Translations under genes and position numbers: made by a program
Virus record (IMG/VR): IMGVR_UViG_3300033407_000074
Span: 1 to 35,685 of that record
Length of the DNA: 35,685 nt
Source: a virus
Taxonomy: Duplodnaviria; Caudoviricetes
Direction: 5' to 3' (one strand)
The notes under the pieces: model-generated
Told to the model about the DNA's origin: nothing
Seen by the model: only the letters and a program-made list of their open reading frames with translations
Database searches by the model: none
Shown here: piece after piece, positions 26,020 through 35,192 of the stretch
Layout: each line of letters opens with the position of its first letter
Position numbering within the stretch: the first letter of the stretch is position 1

Positions 26020-26694
26020 ATGACCACGCTGACCGAGCCGACTCGCCTTGGCGATGTGCTGAAATATGAACCCGAAAACCGTCACGGCCGCGAAGTCGTG
26101 ACGATCAAATCAGGTGCTGATCTTGCGATTGGCGCCGTGCTTGGCAAAATCTCTGTCGGTGCGCTGACTGCCGTCGGCGCCGCCGGTGTTCCGGCTCCTG
26201 CCGCCGCGACGATTACCGCCAGCCCGACCGCTGTCGGCGCAAAAGTCGGCGTGCATCGCTTTGTCTGCGTCATCGGCGGTTCCGCGACTGCCTCCAAATG
26301 GGAACATGAAGACCCTGACGGCGAGACTGCCGGCGTTGCGACTGGCAACACAGAATATGTCGGTGGTGGCCTGACTCTTACCATTACGGACTCCGGCACG
26401 GATCCTGTCGCCGGTGAAGCCTTTACCGTCACAGTGACAGCCGCTGCCGGTTCAGGCAAATACAAGGCTCTGACGCCCGCCGCAGTTGACGGCTCGCAGA
26501 ATGCCGATGCCATCCTGCTTATGCCCGCGCTTGCTGCGAGCGCAGATGTCGCTGATGTCATCGTCCTCAAGCGCGGCCCTGCTGGCCTCGCCGAAGATCA
26601 TGTCGTGTGGCCGGCCGGTATTTCCGCTGGCGACAAGGCCGCTGCGATTGCGGCGCTCGAAACCAAATCCATCATCATCCGAAACGAGGCTTAA
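26020..26694 (+). CDS. Head decoration protein (lambda gpD-like) with inserted domain
   Basis: GDVLKYE...REVVTI..G...GAVLG and DGSQNADAIL; lies before the major capsid gene. Confidence 0.85.
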   Translation: MTTLTEPTRLGDVLKYEPENRHGREVVTIKSGADLAIGAVLGKISVGALTAVGAAGVPAPAAATITASPTAVGAKVGVHRFVCVIGGSATASKWEHEDPDGETAGVATGNTEYVGGGLTLTITDSGTDPVAGEAFTVTVTAAAGSGKYKALTPAAVDGSQNADAILLMPALAASADVADVIVLKRGPAGLAEDHVVWPAGISAGDKAAAIAALETKSIIIRNEA

Positions 26695-26696
26695 TC

Positions 26697-27713
26697 ATGG
26701 CGCTCCTGAATATTTTTGACGACGCCGCGTTTTCGGCTATTGAGCTTTCGGACGCGATCTCGGTCGTGCCGAATTCATACGGTCGCCTCGGCGAACTTGG
26801 CCTGTTCACGCCGAAGCCGGTCCGCACGGACAAGGTTGCCGTCGAAAGCAAGAACGGCGTGCTGACCATTCTGCCTCAGACGCAGCGCGGCGGCCCTGCG
26901 ACGCAGAACACGCGCGCCAAGCGTGACCTCAAGTCGTTTGTGATCCCGAACTTCGCGCTTGAGGACACTATTTTGCCCGACGACATTCAGGGCATCCGCG
27001 CCTTTGGCTCTGAAACCGAACTCGATGGTGTCATGTCATTCACGAATGACCGTCTGGCTGAAATGTCCGGCAAGCACGACATTACCGAAGAATGGCTCCG
27101 CGCTGGCGCCCTTCGCGGCACGGTGCTTGATTCCGACGCCTCCGAAATCCTGAATATGTTTACGGCGTTTGGCGTCTCGGAGAAGGAAGTGTTTTTCGAT
27201 CTCTCGACCGATACAACCGACGTCGGCGGCAAGTGCGAAGAAGTTGTCGACCACATCGAGACAAACCTTCTCGGTGACGTGATGACCGGCGTGCGTGCGC
27301 TTTGCTCGCGTGCCTTCTTCAAGGCGTTTATCGCTCACCCGAAAGTGCGTGAGGCGTATATCTATCAGCAGGGCCAGAATGTCCTGCGGAACGATTTGCG
27401 CAAGGGATTTGAATTCCAGGGCATCACGTTTGAAGTCTATCGCGGTCAGGCGACGGACGCCGCTGGCAACGTGCGCCAGTTTATCGCCGACAATGACGTG
27501 CGCTTTTTCCCCGAAGGCACGTCGCAGACGTTCCGCACGTACTACGCGCCAGCCGACATGATGGCTTTCGTCAACACGCCGGGCCAGCGCCGTTACGCCA
27601 GCCTTGAGCCGATTGACCATGATCGCGGCATGAATGTCCACACGCAGGTGAATCCGCTTCCGATTTGCCTGCGTCCTGCGGTTCTTGTGCGCGGCGATCT
27701 TGCTGCCTCGTAA
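26697..27713 (+). CDS. Major capsid protein (lambda E family)
   Basis: NIFDDAAFS..ELSDAI, GRLGELGLF, TEEWLRAGALRG, QVNPLPICLRPAVL. Confidence 0.95.
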   Translation: MALLNIFDDAAFSAIELSDAISVVPNSYGRLGELGLFTPKPVRTDKVAVESKNGVLTILPQTQRGGPATQNTRAKRDLKSFVIPNFALEDTILPDDIQGIRAFGSETELDGVMSFTNDRLAEMSGKHDITEEWLRAGALRGTVLDSDASEILNMFTAFGVSEKEVFFDLSTDTTDVGGKCEEVVDHIETNLLGDVMTGVRALCSRAFFKAFIAHPKVREAYIYQQGQNVLRNDLRKGFEFQGITFEVYRGQATDAAGNVRQFIADNDVRFFPEGTSQTFRTYYAPADMMAFVNTPGQRRYASLEPIDHDRGMNVHTQVNPLPICLRPAVLVRGDLAAS

Positions 27714-27731
27714 CCGTTAAAAATACCGGAA

Positions 27732-27758
27732 TGGGGCGGCACATGACGCGCCGCCCCA
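27732..27758 (+). terminator. Hairpin after the capsid gene (weak terminator or mRNA stabiliser)
   Basis: TGGGGCGGC/GCCGCCCCA stem with a poor U tract; preceded by operator copy 27714-27729. Confidence 0.5.
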
Positions 27759-27775
27759 CTTCAAAAGGCCGCTGA

Positions 27776-28108
27776 ATGAGCAATTGGGAACGCCTCACGG
27801 AAAAGCTGATGGATAGCGCGGAACGCGCTTTCAGCGAGGCGACGACATACACGCCAGTTGCCGCATCTGCGTTTTCGATCCGCGCGATTTTTGAACCGTC
27901 TTTCAACCTGCTCGACGTTCAAGGCGATGTGCAGGTGTCAACCGTCAAGCCGGTGTTTTGGTTTCGCGGGAAAGACTTTGAGGCGCACGGAATGACCAAG
28001 CCGAAAAAGAAGGACTCGATTTTGGCGCGCGGAAAAACCTACTCAGTCGAGCAAGTCGAGCCCGATGGCTACGCGGAATTTCGGGCTGTTTGTTTTGAGG
28101 TTGATTGA
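27776..28108 (+). CDS. Head-tail joining protein (FII-like)
   Basis: 110 aa; IRAIF...GKTYSVEQVEPDG; position after the capsid gene. Confidence 0.75.
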   Translation: MSNWERLTEKLMDSAERAFSEATTYTPVAASAFSIRAIFEPSFNLLDVQGDVQVSTVKPVFWFRGKDFEAHGMTKPKKKDSILARGKTYSVEQVEPDGYAEFRAVCFEVD

Positions 28109-28686
28109 TGCTTGAGCGCCGTCGCATCCGCGAGCAAGTGATCGAGATTTTGGGCGCGACCGCCTCGCTCGCTGGCGTCCGTGTCGATGATAGTCCGGTC
28201 ACGTCATATGAGATTGAAGAACTGCCCGCGCTGGCAATTTACACGCCAGCCGAAACATGGACCTCGCGCGGATCAAGTGCGCCGCTTTTCAAGTGCGCGA
28301 CGACGGTTTCAATCGAGGGATACATCGCAGCCGTTGATGGCTGGGCCGCTGATTTAGACGACCTGATGGAGAAGGCTGCCGAGGCGCTTTTTTCCGATCC
28401 TGAATTTGTAAAAGGCTTCTCCAAGATCGCGTCCGCATCGATGTCGGTCGGGTATTTCGACGAAGGCGCAAAGCCATTTGCGACCGCGAAACACCAATAC
28501 GTTTTGGAATACGAATGGGAATTTGAGCCTGTCGTTTCCGATGATTTGACGACCGTGAAAATTGAACTCGACGCAATCGACGTCGCCGATCCGAACACGG
28601 GAAATGACGGTTATGCGGGCGGAAGCCCCGGCCCTGACGGACGCATCGAGGGCGTCGTCGGCATCACATTGGAGGCTGCACCTTGA
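28105..28686 (+). CDS. Tail terminator/completion protein
   Basis: RRRIREQVIEIL...LPALAIYT..E; position before the sheath; start may be ATG 28108. Confidence 0.65.
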   Translation: MMLERRRIREQVIEILGATASLAGVRVDDSPVTSYEIEELPALAIYTPAETWTSRGSSAPLFKCATTVSIEGYIAAVDGWAADLDDLMEKAAEALFSDPEFVKGFSKIASASMSVGYFDEGAKPFATAKHQYVLEYEWEFEPVVSDDLTTVKIELDAIDVADPNTGNDGYAGGSPGPDGRIEGVVGITLEAAP

Positions 28687-28886
28687 TCAACGGTTACACA
28701 ATCCGCCCCGCGAGCGACGGCGTGAAAGTCCGAGTCGAGGGCTCGCAGAGTTTCATTGCTGCCGAGGGCCAGGAAGTCGCGGACTCATCGTATTACCGCC
28801 GCCGCATTGCGGACGGCGACGCGGTGCGCGTCGATAAGGCTGCGCCTGCGAAAAGTTTTTCCGCGAAAAAAGAGGGCGCTGAATAA
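28683..28886 (+). CDS. DUF2635 / Mu gp38-like small protein
   Basis: EGQEVADSSYYRRRIADGD; immediately before the sheath. Confidence 0.8.
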   Translation: MINGYTIRPASDGVKVRVEGSQSFIAAEGQEVADSSYYRRRIADGDAVRVDKAAPAKSFSAKKEGAE

Positions 28887-30385
28887 TGGCCGTGTCATTC
28901 AATAACATCCCGTCGAATATCCGCGTACCGCTGTTTTATGCGGAAGTCGATAACTCGGCTGCCGGATCGTTTCAGCAGAATTATCGCGCACTTGTCATCG
29001 GTCAGAAATTGGCAGCCGGTACGGCGACCGCCGACGAGCCTGTCATCGTGCCTGGCTCCGATGCTGCTAAAACGCTTTTCGGTCAGGGCTCAATCCTCGA
29101 CCGCATGGTTTCGGCATGGCGCGCGAATGACGTTTTCACGGAGTTGTGGGCCATCCCCGTTGTGGATGACGGCTCGGCTGCTGCCGCTGCCGGATCGATC
29201 GCGTTTACCGGCCCGGCGACTGCAAACGGCACACTCTACATTTATATCGCTGGCCAGCGCGTTGCTGTCGGCGTCACGTCCAGCGCGATTGCGACCGCTA
29301 TTGCGACGGCTGTCGCCGCTGCGATTAATGCCGCTGCTGACCTGCCCGTGACAGCGGCCGTTGACGGGTCTGATCTTTTCCAGGTCAACCTCACGGCGCG
29401 CAATAAGGGCACGCTCGGCAATGGCATTGATGTCCGCATGAATTATCGCGGCTCGGTTTCCGGCGAGGCAACGCCTGCCGGTGTCGGCGTCACGATTACC
29501 GCGATGTCAACCGGCGCGACGGATCCTGATCTCGCCGACGCGATTGCCGCGATGGGTGACATGCAATTCGACTATATCGTCATTCCGTTCTCCGATGGCA
29601 CGAACCTCGATTTGTTCCGCACGTTGATGAATGATTCGACGGGCCGCTGGTCATACGCCAAGCAGCTTTACGGTCACGTTTTCACGGCCAAGCGCGGCAC
29701 GTTCTCTGCGCTCGACACGTTTGGCGATGGCCGGAACGACCAACATGTGACGGCGTTCGGTTACACGTCCGGCAGCCCGACTCCGGTTTGGGAAGCGGCT
29801 TCGATGTTTGCCGCGCAGGCCGGTTCGCACCTATCGATTGATCCCGCGCGCCCGCTGCAAACCCTTCCGCTTATCGGCTTCTTGCCGCCGCCCAAGTCTG
29901 GCGAATTCACGCTGACCGAAAATAACACGCTGCTCTATTCCGGCGTTGCCACGGTCTATTACGAAGGCGGCTATGCGCGAATTCAGCGTGCCGTCACGAC
30001 GTATCAGGAAAACGAGTGGGGACAGGCTGACCCGTCCTATCTCGACGTCGAGACACTTGCCACGCTGTCTTACGTGCTGCGCTTCCTCAAAGGTCGCATC
30101 ACGCAGAAATTCCCGCGTCACAAACTGGCGAACGATGGCACGCGCTTCGGTGCGGGGCAGGCAATCGCCACGCCCGGCACGATCCGCGCGGAACTGATCG
30201 CCGCTTATTCCGAAATGGAATCGAACGGCATTGTCGAAAACATGGCCGCGTTCAAGGAGAACCTGATTGTCGAGCGTAACGCCGATGATCCGAGCCGCGT
30301 TGACGTGGTTTATCCGCCGGACCTTGTGAACGGCCTGCGCATTTTTGCGCTGCTCGCTCAATTTCGCCTCCAATACGCCGCATAA
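28886..30385 (+). CDS. Tail sheath protein (Mu gpL-like)
   Basis: MAVSFNNIPSNIRVPLFYAEVDNS...DPARPLQTL...PPDLVNGLRIFA. Confidence 0.96.
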   Translation: MAVSFNNIPSNIRVPLFYAEVDNSAAGSFQQNYRALVIGQKLAAGTATADEPVIVPGSDAAKTLFGQGSILDRMVSAWRANDVFTELWAIPVVDDGSAAAAAGSIAFTGPATANGTLYIYIAGQRVAVGVTSSAIATAIATAVAAAINAAADLPVTAAVDGSDLFQVNLTARNKGTLGNGIDVRMNYRGSVSGEATPAGVGVTITAMSTGATDPDLADAIAAMGDMQFDYIVIPFSDGTNLDLFRTLMNDSTGRWSYAKQLYGHVFTAKRGTFSALDTFGDGRNDQHVTAFGYTSGSPTPVWEAASMFAAQAGSHLSIDPARPLQTLPLIGFLPPPKSGEFTLTENNTLLYSGVATVYYEGGYARIQRAVTTYQENEWGQADPSYLDVETLATLSYVLRFLKGRITQKFPRHKLANDGTRFGAGQAIATPGTIRAELIAAYSEMESNGIVENMAAFKENLIVERNADDPSRVDVVYPPDLVNGLRIFALLAQFRLQYAA

Positions 30386-30398
30386 GGAAATCTGAAAA

Positions 30399-30764
30399 AT
30401 GGGAAAACGCATCGCAGGCGTATGTTATTTGAAGGTCGACGGCACGCAGTATTCGCTTGCCGGATCCTTTGACGTTCAGCCGATGACGAAGAAACTCGAA
30501 AAGCTGGTCGGCCTGTCTGGCATTGCTGGGCACAAAGAAATGCCGGTCGTCCCCTATATCGAGGGTGAAATTTTCTTGACCGCTGAAACTGAATTGCTCG
30601 CGTTTCAGGAAATGACAGACGTGACAGCAACCGCCGAACTTGCGAACGGCAAGCGTTATGTGCTGCGCAATGCTTGCTGGGCTGGCGATACGGTTGCAAA
30701 AGGTGCTGACGGCACAACGTCAATTCGCTTCGAAGGCGAAGATTGCCAAGAGGATGCCGCCTGA
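30399..30764 (+). CDS. Tail tube protein (Mu gpM-like)
   Basis: KRIAGVCYLKVDG...AELANGKRYVL...FEG. Confidence 0.92.
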   Translation: MGKRIAGVCYLKVDGTQYSLAGSFDVQPMTKKLEKLVGLSGIAGHKEMPVVPYIEGEIFLTAETELLAFQEMTDVTATAELANGKRYVLRNACWAGDTVAKGADGTTSIRFEGEDCQEDAA

Positions 30765-31030
30765 TGGCTGATTTTACGATTTCCCTTTCGCGCCCCGTAA
30801 TGAATGGCGGCGAGGCCGTGTCCGTTTTGGAGTGCCGCGAGCCGACGCTCGGCGACATTTCCGAAATGATGCGTGCGATCAAGGCCGGTGACGACGTTGC
30901 CGGAATCATGAAGCTGGTAGAACTGTGTGCCGCGCAGACGCCGGGCTTCGTGAAAAATATCAAGGCCGTTGATATCAACAAAATCACGGAAGCCTTTGCC
31001 CCTTTTTTGCCGGGGGCGACGGCGCCGTAA
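30764..31030 (+). CDS. Tail assembly chaperone
   Basis: ISLSRPV...LECREPTLGD; lies between tube and tape measure genes. Confidence 0.85.
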   Translation: MADFTISLSRPVMNGGEAVSVLECREPTLGDISEMMRAIKAGDDVAGIMKLVELCAAQTPGFVKNIKAVDINKITEAFAPFLPGATAP

Positions 31031-31197
31031 GCCGTTTTGGCTGGCGCAGGGTCGCCGCCGATCTCGCATATTTCTGGCGCTGGCAACCCTCCGAGGTGAT
31101 GGCGCTGCGCATATCTGACGCGGACCGCTGGCATGCGGACGCGGAACGTATTGCCGAAGAAACCGACCTCGAAACACAGAGGCTTAACGGTGTCTGA
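31003..31197 (+). CDS. -1 frameshift extension of the chaperone (P2 gpE'-like)
   Basis: TTTTTTG at 31003-31009; the -1 frame reads ...VAADLAYFWRWQPSEVMALRISDADRWHADA... to TGA 31195-31197. Confidence 0.8.
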   Translation, partial: FFAGGDGAVSRFGWRRVAADLAYFWRWQPSEVMALRISDADRWHADAERIAEETDLETQRLNGV

Positions 31198-32848
31198 CTA
31201 TTCAATCAAAGTCGTAATTCAGGCCGTCGATAAGTTTTCGGCTGGCATGAAGAAGGTCGAGTCCAGCTTGACCAAGTTTGGTGCGAGCGCCGCCAAGATT
31301 GGCGCGGGCTTGAGCATCGGCGTGACCGCGCCGATTGCGGCTCTTGGCATGGCGTCGATCCGCACGTTCCAGCAATTTGAAACGGGGATGGCGAACGTCT
31401 CGACGTTGGTGGACACGACTAAGGAGTCGATGTCCGGCATGTCCGACCAGTTGCTCGCCATGTCGACCCGCGTGCCGGTTGCTTTGGATGACTTGACTGG
31501 CTCGCTTTACGACATTCGGTCGGCGGGTATTTCCGCTAGTGACGCGATGTCTGTTCTTGAGGGCTCTGCCAGGCTGGCGACTGCTGGCCTCGGCACGTCG
31601 AAAGAAGCGACCGACATTGTCACATCGTCGATCAACGCATTCAATTTGAAGGGTGCTGAGCAGGCGCGTCTTTACGACGTTATTTTCAAGACTGTCAAGA
31701 ACGGCAAAACCACGATTTCGAGTCTGGCGCAGGGGTTCGGCGCGGTGGCGGGAACCGTGTCGAATGCTGGCGTCAAGATTGACGAATATATGGCGAGCGT
31801 GGCGGCGCTGACCACGACCGGCTTGCCAGCCGCCCAGGCTCATACTCAGTTGCGCGCGGCGATTGCTGGCGTGACACGCCAGAGTGAACTCGGTGACGCG
31901 GTGCTGCATAAGCTCGGCGCTAAGACGTTTAAGGAACTGGTATCCAAGTCCGGCGGCATGGTGCAGGCGTTTGACAAGATTTCAAAAACGCTTGGCGGGA
32001 ATGACGCGGCGCTCATCCAATTGTTCGGTTCGGTCGAGGCTTATAACGCCGTCGTCGGCCTGACCGGCAAGCAAAACGGGGTTTTCGTCTCGACGCTTGA
32101 TGATATGCGCAACGGTGCCGATGCCGTTGGGGCGGCGTTTGATAAGCAATCTAAGACATTTGCAAATCGAATGCAGTTGACGAAGAGCAGCATTCTGCGG
32201 TCTGCGGTCATTATCGGCGAGGCTTTAGCGCCTGCGATTGTAAAAGTTGCCAACTTGATAAAGCGTCTTGCGGACTGGTTTTCGACGCTGAGTCAGAAGA
32301 CACAGAAAATTGTGCTTGTTGTGGTTGCGCTGACGGCTGGCCTTGGTCCGCTTTTGATTGGGTTTGGGTTTCTAGTAGTAGTTTTGGCTAGCCTCACTGT
32401 GCCGATCGCTTTGGCTGTGGCCGGAATAGTAGCCCTTTCCGCGGCTATCGCCGCTGCCGTCATCTATTTGGATGACATCAAGGCCGCTGCATCCTCGGCA
32501 TTTTCGACGATTGTGGATTGGGCGGGGCGCGCATATGACGCGGTCAAGCCGATCCTCGACGCCATCGCCTTTGTCGCCAAGTGGAGTCCTGCCGGAATGG
32601 TGATACGTGGCGGCATGGCCGTCGCTGGGGCGCTTACGGGCGGTGCTGGCGATCCTGCGACGCCCGGCATCGCAACGCGCGGCGCTGCGCGTGGCGGTCC
32701 CGCTGCTGCCTCCAATCGCAAGCAAGAATTGTCTGTCAAAATCACGAACGAGAACGCGCCGAAGGGCCAGCGCACGCAGGTTGATTCCGCGTCGCCCGGC
32801 ATTAAGGCCGACACGTACACTGGTTATAATTTGGCGGGGATCAACTGA
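31190..32848 (+). CDS. Tail tape measure protein (TP901-like core)
   Basis: Ala/Gly-rich, GVTAPI...FETGMANV, hydrophobic segments; likely start GTG 31190. Confidence 0.92.
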   Translation: MSDYSIKVVIQAVDKFSAGMKKVESSLTKFGASAAKIGAGLSIGVTAPIAALGMASIRTFQQFETGMANVSTLVDTTKESMSGMSDQLLAMSTRVPVALDDLTGSLYDIRSAGISASDAMSVLEGSARLATAGLGTSKEATDIVTSSINAFNLKGAEQARLYDVIFKTVKNGKTTISSLAQGFGAVAGTVSNAGVKIDEYMASVAALTTTGLPAAQAHTQLRAAIAGVTRQSELGDAVLHKLGAKTFKELVSKSGGMVQAFDKISKTLGGNDAALIQLFGSVEAYNAVVGLTGKQNGVFVSTLDDMRNGADAVGAAFDKQSKTFANRMQLTKSSILRSAVIIGEALAPAIVKVANLIKRLADWFSTLSQKTQKIVLVVVALTAGLGPLLIGFGFLVVVLASLTVPIALAVAGIVALSAAIAAAVIYLDDIKAAASSAFSTIVDWAGRAYDAVKPILDAIAFVAKWSPAGMVIRGGMAVAGALTGGAGDPATPGIATRGAARGGPAAASNRKQELSVKITNENAPKGQRTQVDSASPGIKADTYTGYNLAGIN

Positions 32849-34104
32849 TGGCGCTCATCCCGCAAATCCCGTCGCTGCCCGCGCTGAATCCGCCTAAGGC
32901 ATCTTGGCGCGATGCGTTGCGTCCGGCGTCGTTTCGTGGCGTCGAGTTTGAAGTCGAGACGAATGACTATTCGACCGGACGCCGCGGTCCGACTCACGAA
33001 TATCCGGGGCGGGATAAGCCGTATTTTGAAGACCTTGGCCGCGCGACACGCGAAATCCGCGTCGACGGCTTTGTCGTCGGCGATGATTATTTTGCCAAAC
33101 GCGATGCGCTATTGGGTGCAATTGAAACCAAGGGCGCGGGTCAGTTGGTACACCCGACGTTTGGCACGATCTCGGTCGTATGCCTGACGGCAACCGTGCG
33201 CGAGTCCGTCGATGACGGACGCATGGCTCGCATTTCGATGTCATTCATCGAGGCAGGTGAATTGACATTCCCGACCGGATCCGCTGATGGCCGGTCGAAT
33301 ATCGAGGCTAAATCCGCGCTGGCGAAGATCGCCGCGCTCGATAGTTTTCAAGCCATTTACGCGGCGACTGGATTTCAGGAATTCGTGACGCAATCGGTGA
33401 TTCCGATGGGTGAGCGGTTTGCCGCGTCGATCTTGGGCTCGCTTTCGTCAGGCCCGCTGCGCGATTTTGTAAGCGATTTTGTTGACAATCTACCGACTCT
33501 TGTAAATAGCGCGAGCGGCCTTTCGGCTCAAGTCCTGACGCTTATCGAGGGTTTGCGCACGGGAGTCACATCGAACCCAGAAACGATCCTGCGCGGCGAC
33601 GCGCGGCCCGCTGGTCTGTTGACGACGCTTTCTGACTTGTCAGTTTTTGACTCTGACGTGCCGGACATTCCGCGCGAAACGTCGGGCCGTGTGCAAGAGG
33701 AGGCCAATATGGAGTCCTTTGCTGGGCTCATCCGCAAGTTGTCGATGATCGAGGCGGCGCGCGAATTGGCTGTGACAGAATTCGATTCAAACGCGGCAGC
33801 GTCCGGCGCGATGTCAGACTGGTCGTCGCTTGTGGATACGGAACTCTATTCGCCGATTATTTCCGATCAAGAATATGCGTCGATGTCTGATTTGCACTCC
33901 GCAACAGTTTCAGACCTTGCCACACGCGCAGGTGGCTTGCCGAGCATCATCTATGCAACGCCGCAACAGACCACGCCAGCGCTCGTGCTGGCATATGAGC
34001 GTTATGACGACGCGAACCGCGATACGGACATCGTGGCGCGGAACTCGATTAAGCATCCTGGATTTGTGCCGGGCGGCGTCGAGATCGAGGTGCTTTCGAC
34101 ATGA
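32848..34104 (+). CDS. DNA circularisation protein (Mu gpN-like)
   Basis: WRDALRPASFRGVEF...HEYPGRD...EDLGR; C-terminal RNSIKHPGFVP. Confidence 0.93.
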   Translation: MALIPQIPSLPALNPPKASWRDALRPASFRGVEFEVETNDYSTGRRGPTHEYPGRDKPYFEDLGRATREIRVDGFVVGDDYFAKRDALLGAIETKGAGQLVHPTFGTISVVCLTATVRESVDDGRMARISMSFIEAGELTFPTGSADGRSNIEAKSALAKIAALDSFQAIYAATGFQEFVTQSVIPMGERFAASILGSLSSGPLRDFVSDFVDNLPTLVNSASGLSAQVLTLIEGLRTGVTSNPETILRGDARPAGLLTTLSDLSVFDSDVPDIPRETSGRVQEEANMESFAGLIRKLSMIEAARELAVTEFDSNAAASGAMSDWSSLVDTELYSPIISDQEYASMSDLHSATVSDLATRAGGLPSIIYATPQQTTPALVLAYERYDDANRDTDIVARNSIKHPGFVPGGVEIEVLST

Positions 34105-35189
34105 CGGTTTTGTTGAAAGTCGATGGCAAGGAATTCGGCGGCTGGAAAGACGTGCGTATCACGCGCGGGATCGAGCGCGGCTGCTCTGATTTTTCGCTGA
34201 CGGTTTCGGACAGGTGGCCGGGGCAGGCGTCCAAGATTGAAATTAAAACGGGCATGGCGTGCGAAGTCTATGACGACGACGACATTCTCATCACGGGCTA
34301 TATCGACGAGGTGCAGGTTGACGCGGATGCGACGACGCACTCGATTTCGTTTAACGGTCGCAGCAAGGTCGCCGATCTTGTCGATTGTTCCGCGAATAAC
34401 TCGCCGGGCCAGTGGACGGGGCAGGGGCTCTTGAAGATTGCGACGGACATTGCGAGCCCGTATGGCGTTGGCGTCAAGGCGCTGACCGACTTGGGCGCGG
34501 TGTTTCCAGATTTCAAAATTCAGCAGGGGGACGGGGCTTTTGACTCAATCGAAAGACTGTGCCGGATGCGCGGCGTTTTGGCGTGCGACGACACGCGGGG
34601 AAATCTCACGTTTACCCGCGCTGGCACGGTCCGCGCTGGCACAGCGTTACTCAGGCGGTCGGGTGACGACACGTCGAATATCCTCGCCGGTGGAGCCCGT
34701 TTCAGCGAGCGAGACAGGTTTAAAACCTACATCGTGAAGGGCCAGTCTATCGGCACGGATTTGAATTATGGGGACGTGGCGGCCGGGCCGACAGCAACCG
34801 CGATTGACAATGCGATGGGCCGACAGCGCACGCTTGTTTCGATTGCGCAGCAGGCGACGGACATTGCGGGCTGCGCGACGGAAGCCAAATGGAACCGCGC
34901 CACGCGCGCGGGTCGCAGCGTTGCCGCGTCCTATGTGGTGCATGGCTGGCGCGAAAAAGGCGACAAGGGTGCGTTGTGGACGCCGAACACGCTTGTCGCG
35001 GTGAATGATGACATCGCCAATCTTCAAGGTGACATGCTGGTTTCGGAAGTCTCTTACAGCGTTTCGGACGCCGGCACGTTGACCGGAATTTCGCTCTATC
35101 CGCCGGAAGCTTTCGAGCTTATCGCGGAATCTCCAAAGAAAAAAACGGGATCCGTCGCTGGTGGTTACGTTTTGCATGATGCGGATTGA
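34101..35189 (+). CDS. Baseplate hub protein (Mu gpP/gp44-like)
   Basis: VDGKEFGGWKDVRITRGIE, GRSKVADLVDCS, LWTPNTLV. Confidence 0.92.
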   Translation: MTVLLKVDGKEFGGWKDVRITRGIERGCSDFSLTVSDRWPGQASKIEIKTGMACEVYDDDDILITGYIDEVQVDADATTHSISFNGRSKVADLVDCSANNSPGQWTGQGLLKIATDIASPYGVGVKALTDLGAVFPDFKIQQGDGAFDSIERLCRMRGVLACDDTRGNLTFTRAGTVRAGTALLRRSGDDTSNILAGGARFSERDRFKTYIVKGQSIGTDLNYGDVAAGPTATAIDNAMGRQRTLVSIAQQATDIAGCATEAKWNRATRAGRSVAASYVVHGWREKGDKGALWTPNTLVAVNDDIANLQGDMLVSEVSYSVSDAGTLTGISLYPPEAFELIAESPKKKTGSVAGGYVLHDAD

Positions 35190-35192
35190 ATA

